A stretch of 51,572 nt of DNA. Source: Gammaproteobacteria bacterium (GTDB taxonomy: Bacteria > Pseudomonadota > Gammaproteobacteria > GCA-2400775). Made by a program: the position numbers and the translations under genes. The notes under the pieces were generated by a model, which made no database searches, had not been told where the DNA came from, and worked only from the letters and a program-made list of their open reading frames with translations. Below, piece after piece: positions 26,829 through 37,813 of the stretch. The number at the start of each line of letters is the position of its first letter. Position 1 is the first letter of the stretch. The stretch is taken from positions 1-51,572 of the forward strand of contig NVRQ02000100.1 of the NCBI GenBank assembly GCA_002400905.2. The letters are read 5' to 3'.

Positions 26829-29105
26829 TTGAAGAGTGGTTCATTCTATGCCATTTTTAACGATTCTCACCAGCGAACAAGTACAATAGCCTGCGTGAAT
26901 CGATTCAATCTGCCCCTTTCATCGCCTTTATCGCTACTTTTTGCGCCTTTACTGGTTTTTGCACCGTTTTCTAACGCCCATAGTGCGTCATTATGCCATG
27001 CGCTCGATGATGTCTTAGTCCCACAGCTGACCATAGAAAATGAATTAGCGCCTATCGAGATCAATGCAGACGAAGGTGAAAGCATTGATAAAGACACCAT
27101 GCTATTTAATGGTGATGTCGAAATTCTGCGCGGCAACCAAACACTGAACGCCGATACGGTGCGCTATACGCGCCCAAACCAACGCGTGCAAGCAGATGGC
27201 AACATTATTTACCGTGAGCCTGATTTTTCACTTTTTGGTCACAGCGCTGACATCAATATCGGTACGTATGAAGGCGAAATAACTGCCGCCGACATACACT
27301 TTCCACTCATGCATGCACGCGCTGGTGCGGATACGATTATTTTGCAAGGCCGCAAGACAATACGCTTAGTCAACGGCTCGTATACAACCTGTGATGTTGA
27401 CGATAACAGCTGGTCCTTGACCGCACCAAGAATAAAACTCGACCGCACCAAAGACGTCGGCACCGCTTATCACGCAACACTTCGCATCAAAAATATACCG
27501 GTGTTTTATACGCCGTATATCAATTTTCCGCTTAGTGACAAACGAAAATCCGGGTTTTTAGCACCCAGTTTCGGTTCTTCAGGTGAGTCTGGCACAGAAA
27601 TAATCCTGCCATACTATTGGAATATTGCACCCAACTATGACGCAACGATCACTCCTCGTTATCTGGCAAAACGTGGTTTGCAACTGCAAAATGAGTTTCG
27701 CTATCTTAGCAAGCGGAGTAGCGGCATTGCCAGTATCGAATACTTACCCAATGATGATTTATTTGACGATGACCGCAGTCTCGTTCGCTTGCAACATGAC
27801 ACTACTTTTTCACGCCAATGGAGCGGCTCGCTATTATTCGCCGACGCCTCAGATGCCGACTATTTTGAAGACCTGGGCGACAGCTTAAGCATCACCGCTA
27901 TAACTCACCTCGAACGCCGAGCCGATTTGAGTTATAGCGGTGAATGGGGCCAGCTACTGGCGCGCGCGCAAGACTTTCAAACCATCAACGACACTATTCC
28001 AGCGGCCAGCCGACCTTATAAACGCTTACCACAGCTGCTCTATAGCACCGCATTGCCGACCTATCAAAACATCGCGTCACAACTTCGCAGTGAATGGGTA
28101 CAGTTTGACCGCGAAGACAGCGTCACCGCCTCACGCTTTGATATTCAACCCACGGTAAGCCGACGCTATAGCCGGTCATGGGGCTTTTTTGAACCAAAAC
28201 TTAGTGTCCGCCACACCCAATTCCAACTCGATGACCAAGCTGATGGCGTCGATAGCAACCAAACACGCACGCTTCCCATCAGCAGCCTTGATGGTGGCCT
28301 CTACTTTGATAAGTCACTCGCGCTGGGCAAGCGCGCCTTCATTCACACATTCGAACCACGCTTGTTTTATTTGAATGTACCGTTTGATAATCAAAATGAT
28401 ATCCCGATCTTTGATACGGGCCTCAATGACTTCACCTTCGAGCAACTGTTTCGTGATAACCGCTTTTCAGGCGGCGATCGCGTTAGCGATGCCAATCAGC
28501 TCGCGCTAGCGATCACCTCGAGTCTTATTGATGACGAAAGCGGTGACGAATTAATCCGCTTAGCTCTAGGCCAAATTCGCCATTTTCGTGACCGCAGAGT
28601 CACCCTTAATGGCGGCGCTGCAGAGACAGACAACACATCAAACTTCATCGCCCGTATCAATGCTACACCAAGCAGTCGCTGGCGTGCCAGCGGCGAATGG
28701 CAATGGGATCCGGATAATGAAGATTCTGTTGAAACCACTGCCAGCCTACAATATCGCCCTGCACCTGATCGCGGCGTAAACCTATCCTACCGCTCCGTCG
28801 ACAGCCAACTATTAGAGCAAACCGATGTCTCGTTCTTCTGGCCCGTAACTCAACGCTGGCGTGCTGTCGGCCGATTGAACTATTCACTAGAACGTAGTCG
28901 AACTCTAGAATCCTTTGCTGGATTAGAGTATGAGTCGTGCTGCTGGCGCTTATCGTTCGTCAGACGCGAATTTGTCAACGATGTTAATGCCGACGATGAA
29001 AGCAATACTGCCTTTCTTATTCAGTTGGAGCTAAAAGGCCTCACTAGCATTGGCGGTAGCATCGATACCTTGCTCGAAAATGGTATCCTCGATTATCAAA
29101 GATAA
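26829..29105 (+). CDS. lptD: LPS-assembly outer-membrane protein LptD
   Basis: 758 aa with an OstA N-domain (ADTVRY......A.GNI) and a large beta-barrel, followed by surA-pdxA-rsmA. The start is uncertain: TTG 26829 in the track, or GVG-type alternative GTG 26895, which gives a cleaner signal peptide (NRFNLPLSSPLSLLFAPLLVFAPFSNA). Confidence 0.9.
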   Translation: MKSGSFYAIFNDSHQRTSTIACVNRFNLPLSSPLSLLFAPLLVFAPFSNAHSASLCHALDDVLVPQLTIENELAPIEINADEGESIDKDTMLFNGDVEILRGNQTLNADTVRYTRPNQRVQADGNIIYREPDFSLFGHSADINIGTYEGEITAADIHFPLMHARAGADTIILQGRKTIRLVNGSYTTCDVDDNSWSLTAPRIKLDRTKDVGTAYHATLRIKNIPVFYTPYINFPLSDKRKSGFLAPSFGSSGESGTEIILPYYWNIAPNYDATITPRYLAKRGLQLQNEFRYLSKRSSGIASIEYLPNDDLFDDDRSLVRLQHDTTFSRQWSGSLLFADASDADYFEDLGDSLSITAITHLERRADLSYSGEWGQLLARAQDFQTINDTIPAASRPYKRLPQLLYSTALPTYQNIASQLRSEWVQFDREDSVTASRFDIQPTVSRRYSRSWGFFEPKLSVRHTQFQLDDQADGVDSNQTRTLPISSLDGGLYFDKSLALGKRAFIHTFEPRLFYLNVPFDNQNDIPIFDTGLNDFTFEQLFRDNRFSGGDRVSDANQLALAITSSLIDDESGDELIRLALGQIRHFRDRRVTLNGGAAETDNTSNFIARINATPSSRWRASGEWQWDPDNEDSVETTASLQYRPAPDRGVNLSYRSVDSQLLEQTDVSFFWPVTQRWRAVGRLNYSLERSRTLESFAGLEYESCCWRLSFVRREFVNDVNADDESNTAFLIQLELKGLTSIGGSIDTLLENGILDYQR

Positions 29106-29117
29106 GAGTTTTTTGAC

Positions 29118-30425
29118 ATGACACACCCCTATTTAAGCGTTACCTGTTTTACTTTTGGCTTACTGCTCGCTAGCGTGCTTGGCGTTTCAGGTTCAGCGCA
29201 CTCCGCTGATAACAATATTCTGCTCGATGGCATCGTAGCCGTCGTCAACGACGATATTATTACGACTACCGAGCTAGACGCCGAAGTTCAGCGCGTCAAC
29301 CAAGAACTACGCCGCCGCAATACCCAAGCGCCCGCAGTAGATATTCTGCAAAAACAGGTTCTAGAGCGATTGGTTAATCGCAGGATACAATTGCAAACTG
29401 CCAAACGTGCCAATATTGTCGTCGATGACGAAACCTTAAATCGTGCCCTGACCAATATTGCTTCTGAGAGTAACTTAACCCTCTCACAATTTCGCCAGGT
29501 CTTAGTCCGCGATGGCATTAGCTTTGAACAGTTCCGTGAAAACATTCGCGATGAAATCACGCTAAACCGTTTCTATCAACGTCAAATTGATAGCCGCGTT
29601 TCAGTTAGCGATGCAGACATTGCCGCCTTTCTTGAAACCCAGCAGACTCAAGGCAACATAAGTATCGAATATCAATTAGGCCATATTCTCATCGCCATAC
29701 CTGAAAATGCGAGCGCAAAAGAAGTGACCGCTGCCCGAGAGAAAGCTGAAGTCATCGCAAAACGCCTAGCAGAAGGCGCTGACTTTGCTGAAACAGCCGT
29801 CGCAGAATCGGATGGCAGCGCTGCGCTCGATGGCGGCAATCTAAACTGGCGTGCAGCCAATGCATTACCCACACTCTTTGCACCGGTAGTGCCTAGCATG
29901 AACAAAGGTGATATTAGTAAAGTGATTAAAAGCACCAGCGGTTTTCATCTTGTCAAACTGCTTGATACCCGCGACTCCGACACACAAATCGTGAAACAAA
30001 CTTTAGCTGGCCATATTCTTATTGCAAACAGAGACCGCAGCAAAGAAGAAGCCTTAAAATTTGCACAAGAGATTCATCAACGTATCAATGATGGCGAAGA
30101 TTTCGCCGTGATGGCAAAAGAACATTCCGACGACCTTGGCTCGGGCAAAGAAGGCGGCAACCTTGGCTGGGTTAACCCTGGCGCCACGGTGGCGCCCTTT
30201 GAAAAAGCGATGGATGAATTGGCCGCCGGTGAAATGAGCAAACCTGTCGAAAGCCAATTTGGTTGGCATCTTATTCATGTCGATAATCGCCGTGATTTTG
30301 ATATGACAGAAACCATGAAAAAAAACCGCGCGCGTGATACCTTGCGCCAACGCCGTATAGAAGAAGAGCGTCTTGCAGAGTTAAGACGATTACGTGACGA
30401 CTCTTACGTCGAGCTGCGCATTTAA
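29118..30425 (+). CDS. surA: Periplasmic chaperone / peptidyl-prolyl isomerase SurA
   Basis: 435 aa with a signal peptide, a SurA N-domain and two parvulin domains (..GFHLVKL.., ..FGWHLIHV..). Confidence 0.9.
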   Translation: MTHPYLSVTCFTFGLLLASVLGVSGSAHSADNNILLDGIVAVVNDDIITTTELDAEVQRVNQELRRRNTQAPAVDILQKQVLERLVNRRIQLQTAKRANIVVDDETLNRALTNIASESNLTLSQFRQVLVRDGISFEQFRENIRDEITLNRFYQRQIDSRVSVSDADIAAFLETQQTQGNISIEYQLGHILIAIPENASAKEVTAAREKAEVIAKRLAEGADFAETAVAESDGSAALDGGNLNWRAANALPTLFAPVVPSMNKGDISKVIKSTSGFHLVKLLDTRDSDTQIVKQTLAGHILIANRDRSKEEALKFAQEIHQRINDGEDFAVMAKEHSDDLGSGKEGGNLGWVNPGATVAPFEKAMDELAAGEMSKPVESQFGWHLIHVDNRRDFDMTETMKKNRARDTLRQRRIEEERLAELRRLRDDSYVELRI

Positions 30426-30482
30426 TATTTCGAACATCGCCCACATTTTTGCACTTTCGATTCAAGTAACGTCACGCAAGCC

Positions 30483-31463
30483 ATGAACACATGCAAACGT
30501 ATCGCCATTACGCCTGGCGAACCATCAGGCATTGGTCCAGACATCTGCTTAGCTCTGGCGCAAAAAGATTTTGATCACGACTTAGTCTTTATTGCTGATA
30601 TTTCGTTGATGCAACAGCGTGCAAAAATACTCGGTTTAAAACTCACATTTCAGCATGCTGAATTATCGAACAAAGCACGCCCACAACAAGCGGGCACTGT
30701 CTCTGTCTATCATCAACCCTTATTAAGTGACAGTCTCTGCGGTCAACTCAATATCGCCAATGCCGCCTACGTCTTAGCCTGTCTCAATGAAGCCGCTGAA
30801 GGCTGTCTTAATGGCCGTTACGATGCGCTCGTTACTGGCCCGCTACACAAAGGCATCATTAACGATACTGGCATTCCGTTTCAAGGTCATACCGAATACT
30901 TGGCAGAGAAAACCGGCGCCGACTTACCGGTAATGATGTTAGTCGGCGGCGACCTTCGCGTTGCGTTAGTCACCACACACATCCCTTTATCGCAAGTGAG
31001 CGCCGCCATTACCAGTGGTCGCCTAGAACAAACCTTACGTATCGTTAACGACGATTTAAAAACACGATTTAAATTAGCAAAACCACGAATTGGTGTATGC
31101 GGACTTAATCCACATGCCGGCGAAGGTGGCCATTTAGGACGCGAAGAGATCGACGTGATTTCTCCAGTGATAGAACAGCTAAAAAAAGAAGGTGTAAACC
31201 TGACTGGCCCCTTACCTGCCGATACCATTTTCACCCCGCGCCATATGCAACGCTACGATGCCATTATTGCCATGTATCATGACCAGGGCCTACCCGTGCT
31301 AAAACACCATGCCTTCGGCCATGGCGTTAATATCACCCTGGGTCTACCGATTATTCGCACGTCAGTTGATCACGGTACAGCGCTAGATTTAGCCGGCACA
31401 GGTAAAGCCGATAGCGGCAGCCTGCACGCCGCACTTGATATGGCCATTACACTAACGAACTAG
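30483..31463 (+). CDS. pdxA: 4-hydroxythreonine-4-phosphate dehydrogenase
   Basis: 326 aa with ITPGEPSGIGPD, GHTEYLA, GLNPHAGEGG and HGTALD. Confidence 0.9.
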   Translation: MNTCKRIAITPGEPSGIGPDICLALAQKDFDHDLVFIADISLMQQRAKILGLKLTFQHAELSNKARPQQAGTVSVYHQPLLSDSLCGQLNIANAAYVLACLNEAAEGCLNGRYDALVTGPLHKGIINDTGIPFQGHTEYLAEKTGADLPVMMLVGGDLRVALVTTHIPLSQVSAAITSGRLEQTLRIVNDDLKTRFKLAKPRIGVCGLNPHAGEGGHLGREEIDVISPVIEQLKKEGVNLTGPLPADTIFTPRHMQRYDAIIAMYHDQGLPVLKHHAFGHGVNITLGLPIIRTSVDHGTALDLAGTGKADSGSLHAALDMAITLTN

Positions 31464-31471
31464 GAAACAAC

Positions 31472-32260
31472 ATGTCAAACAACCATGTTACCCGTAAACG
31501 TTTTGGCCAACACTTTTTAAATGACGAAGGTGTCATTCACAACATCGTTAATGCCATTTCACCGCAAAAAAACCAAACCTTAGTAGAAATCGGCCCTGGT
31601 CGTGGCGCACTGACTTTGCCATTGCTAGAATACGGCATACCCATGCGTCTAATAGAAATAGACCGCGATTTAGTTGCTTGGTGGAATGATCAAAAACAAC
31701 AAGGTGTTAACGTTGACGTATACGATTGTGACGTACTACGTTTTGATTTTAACGAACTCGGCTCAGTGCAAGAACCCATCAAGCTCATTGGCAATTTGCC
31801 TTACAATATTTCCACACCGTTATTTTTTCACCTTATCAATTTTCACTCCATCATTGCCGACATGTGCTTTATGGTACAAAAAGAAGTGGCACTACGCCTC
31901 GCCGCGCAGCCTGGAGAAAAAGCCTATAACCAACTCAGTGTTTGGCTACAACTACACTACAGCGTAGAACGATTATTCGATGTACCGCCCGATGCCTTTG
32001 ACCCACCACCCAAGGTAAACTCATCGATTATTCGTCTGCAACCGCATGCAACGCCTCCGGTTTTAATACAAAATAAAATAGGCTTCCATAAATTTATCAA
32101 AGCATGCTTCGCACAAAAACGTAAAACCTTACGAAATAATTTGAAAAAAATTCTCAGTGCAGAAAAAATATTAGCCGTAGGTATCGACCCCACTCGCCGC
32201 GCCGAAACATTAACAATAAAAGAATTTGCAGCCCTGTACCTGCAATTGAGCGACGGCTAA
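31472..32260 (+). CDS. rsmA: 16S rRNA (adenine1518/1519-N6)-dimethyltransferase
   Basis: 262 aa with FGQHFL, VEIGPGRGALT and GNLPYNISTP. Confidence 0.9.
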   Translation: MSNNHVTRKRFGQHFLNDEGVIHNIVNAISPQKNQTLVEIGPGRGALTLPLLEYGIPMRLIEIDRDLVAWWNDQKQQGVNVDVYDCDVLRFDFNELGSVQEPIKLIGNLPYNISTPLFFHLINFHSIIADMCFMVQKEVALRLAAQPGEKAYNQLSVWLQLHYSVERLFDVPPDAFDPPPKVNSSIIRLQPHATPPVLIQNKIGFHKFIKACFAQKRKTLRNNLKKILSAEKILAVGIDPTRRAETLTIKEFAALYLQLSDG

Positions 32261-32272
32261 ACAGGAAAATTT

Positions 32273-33286
32273 GTGCAACGTTTTACTCATCGATTTTTAT
32301 CTTTACTATCAATCACCTTCTTATTGTCCTCGATCTGTGCTTGCAGTAGTCCAAAATATCAGCCCATCTCAACGATCAACATTACGCCATCGCTAAGCGA
32401 TGACGCAGCCATCATGCATGACAGCTATCGGCTACCTCTAGATTTATATATTGCCAACAATGCCAACGCAACTGTCATCGCCCTGCATGGCTTCAACGAT
32501 TACCGCAATGCATTTGCGCCACTGTGCACGTATTTGTCTCAACACAACATCCATTGCTACGCCTACGACCAACGCGGCTTTGGCGAGACCCAGCACAAAG
32601 GGTTTTGGCCTGGCGAAGATGTGCTACAAAACGACTTAATAGCAATAACCAAACTCGTCAAAGATAAGCATCCCGGCCTACCCCTTTATGTGATTGGCGA
32701 AAGCATGGGTGGGGCTGTTGTCATGACTGCCTTCGCTAGCACCCAACCATCGCATGTAGCAGGTATCAGCTTACTTGCTCCCGCAGTATGGGCACGTAGC
32801 ACACAGCCGTGGTATCAACGTCTCGCGCTATGGCTAACCGTACGCATTGCACCAGGCTGGAAGCCAACTGGAAAAGGCTTTGAACTGGTCGCATCAGACA
32901 ACAACGACATGCTAAGAAAACTATACAAAGACCCGCTCGTGATCAAAGGGACGCGTATTGACACACTCTACGGCCTGACCAATCTCATGGACCAAGCATT
33001 AGCCTCCGCCAAAAACATCTCCGCAAAGGGCATTGTGCTTTACGGTGACAAAGACGAAATCATCACCAAAAAACCGACCTGTAAAATGTTAGAACAATTT
33101 TCGAATGGAAAAAATGACTTGCGCTTTGTTCTATATAAAAATGGCTACCACATGCTAAGCCGTGATCTGCAAGCAAAAAACGTCTACCAAGATCTAATCA
33201 GCTGGATTAATGATGCAGACCAACCATTAACCGAAGAGCTCCTTATTAGTAACGATGAATGGCGACGCGATTACTGCGATACTTAA
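32273..33286 (+). CDS. Alpha/beta hydrolase (lysophospholipase-like), probable lipoprotein
   Basis: 337 aa with a GTG start and AGGA upstream. The signal has a Cys (LLSSICACSS), and there are HGFNDY and a nucleophile elbow GESMGG. Confidence 0.75.
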   Translation: MQRFTHRFLSLLSITFLLSSICACSSPKYQPISTINITPSLSDDAAIMHDSYRLPLDLYIANNANATVIALHGFNDYRNAFAPLCTYLSQHNIHCYAYDQRGFGETQHKGFWPGEDVLQNDLIAITKLVKDKHPGLPLYVIGESMGGAVVMTAFASTQPSHVAGISLLAPAVWARSTQPWYQRLALWLTVRIAPGWKPTGKGFELVASDNNDMLRKLYKDPLVIKGTRIDTLYGLTNLMDQALASAKNISAKGIVLYGDKDEIITKKPTCKMLEQFSNGKNDLRFVLYKNGYHMLSRDLQAKNVYQDLISWINDADQPLTEELLISNDEWRRDYCDT

Positions 33287-33330
33287 TTCATAGACTAACA
33301 ATTCTAAACTAGAGAATTATAACTAATCAA

Positions 33331-33945
33331 ATGAAACAGCTCATTCCCGAATTATTATTTAAAATCTTGTGTGACCCCGCCCCAACAAAAGCAGCAGACG
33401 CCGCCTATCTCTATGCGCAAACAGTAGAGAATCAGGACTCTGTGCTGGAGAAAGGCGCTTATCTATTCAACAATGGTTGCGCCCAGTCTATTTGGATATC
33501 AGACTCCCTCGCAAAATCAGGCTATCCAGGTTTTTCTATCTGGCAAGAAAAATTGATTAACTTAGGCGTCCCTAGCAATGCTATTGTTGGCGTGCCCATG
33601 CATGAATATGAAATACTCAATACCTATATCGAGGCATCTGAAGCAGCGATCTTAGCAAAATCTAAATCAGCACAATCACTCATTGTTGTATCAGCACCGT
33701 TTCATCAGCTCAGAGTCTTTATAACAACAGTCACCGCTCTATCACGAGAATACCCACAGCTAAAAGCATACAGCCAAACAGGAAATTTTCTTGCCTGGAG
33801 TAAGTCAGTTTCGCATTCCCAAGGCGAGCTTAAAGGCACACGAACAGACTTCATCTACACTGAGTTAGATCGAATTGAGTTATATCATCGCAAGGGGTTT
33901 TTGGTTTCACTCGAAGAAGTTAAAAACTATCTTGATAACAGGTAA
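33331..33945 (+). CDS. DUF218 / YdcF-family protein
   Basis: 204 aa. ..IWISDS....GYPGF..W...L...GVP...I.......NTY.EA......... and LIVVSAPFHQLR are typical of the DUF218 fold. Confidence 0.55.
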   Translation: MKQLIPELLFKILCDPAPTKAADAAYLYAQTVENQDSVLEKGAYLFNNGCAQSIWISDSLAKSGYPGFSIWQEKLINLGVPSNAIVGVPMHEYEILNTYIEASEAAILAKSKSAQSLIVVSAPFHQLRVFITTVTALSREYPQLKAYSQTGNFLAWSKSVSHSQGELKGTRTDFIYTELDRIELYHRKGFLVSLEEVKNYLDNR

Positions 33946-33977
33946 CCACCCGTGCTGAATTTATTATCTAACGATAT

Positions 33978-34067
33978 CTAAGCTTGCAACAGGTGCAAAC
34001 CCACTATTGCCAGCATAAACACCAATGCCACAAAAGGCAGACTAAGAAAAGGATTATTTGATTCCAT
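33978..34067 (-). CDS. Candidate 29-aa hydrophobic small protein (below the ORF-track cutoff)
   Basis: Own translation: MESNNPFLSLPFVALVFMLAIVGLHLLQA-stop. A strong GGAGG lies 5 nt upstream of the ATG (cgtatGGAGGtgctcATG), and there is a single predicted TM helix. Confidence 0.4.
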   Translation of the reverse strand: MESNNPFLSLPFVALVFMLAIVGLHLLQA

Positions 34068-34184
34068 GAGCACCTCCATACGCTCTACAAGCTCGCCACT
34101 CTATAAACGGCAAGCACACCTAAAAGTTTAACTATCAGCAATATTTATTACCTACTCCCTACACAGTAGCGATCAACCCACTCA

Positions 34185-34916
34185 TTAATCAATAAAAACG
34201 ATATCTCGTAATAACGCGACACTCCGCTCTTTAGTATCTTCAGAATCCGCAGAAACGGCCAAAATGTGCGCACTTTTAGCAGGATGACCAAATGCTTTTT
34301 CAAAGTCAGCCATTAAATCTATTTTTTCCGTAATCCAAGCATTCATCTGACTGTCACTAGTCTGCAGAATATTCATAACACCAATACGTTTAACATACGG
34401 GTTCGGGTAACTATCCCCTATCTCACCTATACCGCCCCAGACGTACGTCAGCACTTTACCGCTCACAGGAATACCCGCTACGGTATAGAGTAATTTATTT
34501 TTCCATCTGACCCACCAATTTTGATATTTTTTATCTACGTTAAAGGCGACATATAAAGCAATAGGCCTATCATCATCATGTTTTGTTACAATATTCGTTG
34601 CACGTGTTCTTTCATCGACACGCCACTGCCATTGCAAAAAACGTTTTTGTGCTTGGTCACCCGAAATTTTTCGGTAAATTAGCGCGTTACTATCGTCGGC
34701 AATGACACGAATAGACCCATCTTCCAATAACTCAAACCGAGTCGGATCAGTTCCATATTTTTTCAATAATTTCCAGCCACCATCTTTCAGTTCGCTAGAG
34801 ATGAGCCCCGCCTCGACATCCTTTGCCGAATTAGCATAAACAATAGGCGCAGCAATCAACATCAGCAACAATCCGCATAAGAAGAACCTTAAATGGACTG
34901 TTTTTCTACTCTTCAT
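34185..34916 (-). CDS. Secreted DUF3047-like protein
   Basis: 243 aa with a signal peptide. ..FLQWQWRVD.., ..RPIALYVAF.. and ..LTYVWG.. match my memory of DUF3047. Confidence 0.5.
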   Translation of the reverse strand: MKSRKTVHLRFFLCGLLLMLIAAPIVYANSAKDVEAGLISSELKDGGWKLLKKYGTDPTRFELLEDGSIRVIADDSNALIYRKISGDQAQKRFLQWQWRVDERTRATNIVTKHDDDRPIALYVAFNVDKKYQNWWVRWKNKLLYTVAGIPVSGKVLTYVWGGIGEIGDSYPNPYVKRIGVMNILQTSDSQMNAWITEKIDLMADFEKAFGHPAKSAHILAVSADSEDTKERSVALLRDIVFID

Positions 34917-34998
34917 GCTATAAACTCCACCACATATCTTATCGCCAGGCTGACAAAGCTAAAACCTGATAGTTATCTATTCAATAAATGCCCTCGCA

Positions 34999-35934
34999 AT
35001 GCCACAAGAACACTCATCACACTGTCCATTACACACCAGTACAGCTGGAGAAATAATAAACATTATTTCTACCGAAACCCTCACAAAGCGCTATCGCAGA
35101 GATTTAGGCATTGATATCAGCCTTGAACTGAGCAACGCTAAAACACTTGTTCTTCACCAGTGTCCGCTTTGTAAGCTACAGTTTTTTACGCCTGCCAAAG
35201 AAGGCAGCAGCGAATTCTACCAACAAATGAAACAACTGCCTTGGTACTATCCCAACACTAAATTTGAATACAATTCTGCAGCAGAATGGTTAAAAAACAC
35301 CACAACCGTACTCGATATCGGTTGCGGCGATGGCAGATTTGCAAACCATCTACCACAATGCAGCTATACGGGTTTAGAGCCCTATTCTGTTGAAAAAAGA
35401 CCACTACCTAATCAACATAATATAATCTACCAATCACTAAATGATCACGCACATCGCCATACTGAGCATTATGAAGCCGTCTGCGCCTTTCAAGTCCTAG
35501 AGCACGTCAAAAACCCCGCTCTCTTTATCGGGGACGCACTCAAGTGTTTGCAACCCGGCGGATTACTCATTCTAGGTGTCCCGAATGCCGATAGCTATTT
35601 GTCTCGTCTGGTCAACTTCACTCTAAATGCTCCTCCCCATCATTTAAGTTGGTGGCAAAAAGAAACATTCCAACACTGGGCGAAAGCATTCACGTTAAAA
35701 ACGTTAGCGCTGCAGCAGTCTCCTGTAGAAGACTGGGAGAAACGGCTCTATTGGATGGCTAATGCAACGCATTTTTTGTCGCCAGGAAGCACGCCTCATT
35801 TCAGCGATAAACACCATTGGCAAATTATCTCTACCATAGCCTATATCAGTGCTGGGCTATTACAATACCTGCCAATAAAAAAATCCGCGACAGGTTCCAC
35901 CTTATTATGGGTAGCTCAAAAACAAGCATCTTAA
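34999..35934 (+). CDS. Class I SAM-dependent methyltransferase with N-terminal Cys-pair region
   Basis: 311 aa with motif I VLDIGCGDGRF and post-I/II elements (..AFQVLEHV..PGGLLILGVPN). The N-terminus has C..H....CPLC. Confidence 0.75.
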   Translation: MPQEHSSHCPLHTSTAGEIINIISTETLTKRYRRDLGIDISLELSNAKTLVLHQCPLCKLQFFTPAKEGSSEFYQQMKQLPWYYPNTKFEYNSAAEWLKNTTTVLDIGCGDGRFANHLPQCSYTGLEPYSVEKRPLPNQHNIIYQSLNDHAHRHTEHYEAVCAFQVLEHVKNPALFIGDALKCLQPGGLLILGVPNADSYLSRLVNFTLNAPPHHLSWWQKETFQHWAKAFTLKTLALQQSPVEDWEKRLYWMANATHFLSPGSTPHFSDKHHWQIISTIAYISAGLLQYLPIKKSATGSTLLWVAQKQAS

Positions 35935-36108
35935 GTGAACCCACGCCAGCTGATCTCTAGCAACGCATACGAAACAGGTTAACCATTATTGCGAAGCAAT
36001 TGCTTATGAATTTTTGAAAAATAATTAGACGCTTGCCATACCAAGAGAAATAATGCGTTGCGGTGTAACATGCAACGCAATAATCCGGCCTAGCTAATCC
36101 TTATGTAT

Positions 36109-36138
36109 TGCCACTAAAAAGTGGCAGAACTGATTTTT
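36109..36138. terminator. Hairpin between the convergent methyltransferase and SulP genes (possible terminator)
   Basis: tgccact-aaaa-agtggca forms a 7-bp stem, with a T-run (gattttt) a few nt downstream on the + strand. Confidence 0.3.
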
Positions 36139-36154
36139 CTAACTCTCAAAATGA

Positions 36155-37669
36155 CTAATTCAGCTCATTATCCGCAACGTGATATTTCGGATCTTCAAGG
36201 TAATTCACTTCAACCAAATCACCAGCCTTCTTTAAAAGGATACGGCATTCTGGACTCAGGTGACGTAAGTGCAAAGTCTTGCCTGCTTTAACATACCGCT
36301 CAGCCAAACTATCAATCGCCTCGATCGCCGAATGATCAACAACACGTGAGCCTTGAAACTCAATAATCACATCACCAGGATCATCTTTCGGGCTAAACAA
36401 ATCTTGAAAGTTTTTAACTGAAGCAAAAAATAAAGGGCCACTTAACTCATAAACTTTCGAACCTTTGTCATCGATATAGCTTTTGACGCCAATATGTTTA
36501 GCGTGCTCCCAAGCAAACACCAACGCCGAGACAATCACGCCAACAATCACAGCAAAAGCAAGATCGGTAAAAACGGTCACACTGGACACCAAAATCAACA
36601 CAAACGCATCTGATTTAGGTATTTTTCCGAGAATACGAAAACTCGACCATTCAAAGGTGCCAATGACTACCATGAACATCACGCCGGTCAATGCAGCCAA
36701 AGGAATCTGTTCAATTAATCCCGAAGCGAATAAGATAAACCCTAATAAAAATAACGCAGCACTAATAGACGATAAACGACCACGGCCACCCGACTCGATA
36801 TTAATCATGCTCTGACCAATCATCGCGCAACCACCCATGCCACCGAAGAAACCGGTCACTAAGTTGGCGCCACCTTGGGCAACACACTCAACATTACCGC
36901 GCCCACGCGTGTCAGTCATCTCATCAATCACCGTTAAAGTCAGCAACGATTCAATCAAACCAATCAATGCTAAAACAATCGCGTAAGGGAAAATAATTTT
37001 CAAGGTCTCCCAGCTCAAATCAACCATCGGAATATGGAATGAGGGCAAGTCACCCTTAATCGAGGCAAGGTCACCCACTGTGCGGCTGTCCAAACCCATG
37101 AAAATCACTATCAACGACACCGTAATAATCGCAGCCAATGAAGAAGGAAAGGCATTGGTTAGTTTTGGTAAGAAATAAATAATCGCCATGGTCAGCGCAA
37201 TCAAACCCAACATCACCCATAAAGCTTGGGCTTCGATCCATTCGCCATCGACTTGAAATGTCTCCAGCTGGGCGAGAAAAATAACAATGGCCAAACCATT
37301 AACAAATCCCAACATAACGGGATGCGGTACAATACGAATCAGCTTACCGAGTTTAAGCAAGCCAATGATAATTTGAATAACCCCCGTCAACACCACCGCC
37401 GCCAGCAAATATTCCAAACCATGGAGCGCTACTAACGCAACCATAACCACAGCCATAGAGCCCGTAGCACCAGAGATCATGCCAGGGCGGCCGCCAAAAA
37501 TACCTGTGATCAAACCTACCAAGAAAGCCGCATAGAGACCCACTAACGGCTCAACACCTGCAACAAACGCAAAGGCAACCGCTTCCGGCACCAAAGCCAA
37601 CGCCACTGTTAATCCCGACAATATGTCATTTTTAGGGCTGCCTTGTCCGGCTAAATAATGATAAAACAT
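36155..37669 (-). CDS. SulP-family anion transporter with C-terminal STAS domain
   Basis: Contains [24 protein letters not shown] and a multi-TM core. The C-terminal STAS region is ..[12 protein letters not shown]...[19 protein letters not shown].. The start is placed at ATG 37669 (MFYHYLAG..); the track ORF extends to 37732. Confidence 0.85.
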   Translation of the reverse strand: MFYHYLAGQGSPKNDILSGLTVALALVPEAVAFAFVAGVEPLVGLYAAFLVGLITGIFGGRPGMISGATGSMAVVMVALVALHGLEYLLAAVVLTGVIQIIIGLLKLGKLIRIVPHPVMLGFVNGLAIVIFLAQLETFQVDGEWIEAQALWVMLGLIALTMAIIYFLPKLTNAFPSSLAAIITVSLIVIFMGLDSRTVGDLASIKGDLPSFHIPMVDLSWETLKIIFPYAIVLALIGLIESLLTLTVIDEMTDTRGRGNVECVAQGGANLVTGFFGGMGGCAMIGQSMINIESGGRGRLSSISAALFLLGFILFASGLIEQIPLAALTGVMFMVVIGTFEWSSFRILGKIPKSDAFVLILVSSVTVFTDLAFAVIVGVIVSALVFAWEHAKHIGVKSYIDDKGSKVYELSGPLFFASVKNFQDLFSPKDDPGDVIIEFQGSRVVDHSAIEAIDSLAERYVKAGKTLHLRHLSPECRILLKKAGDLVEVNYLEDPKYHVADNELN

Positions 37670-37813
37670 GCTAATCTCATGGTTAATGGCAAAAGTCGGC
37701 GATACTAACACAGCCCGTTCAGCTGTAATCACTATGCTATAAAGTGGGTATCGTCACACAATACACTGCCTTAACATTTTTTGTTAAACAAGACCTTATC
37801 CAGCTAAACCGCT

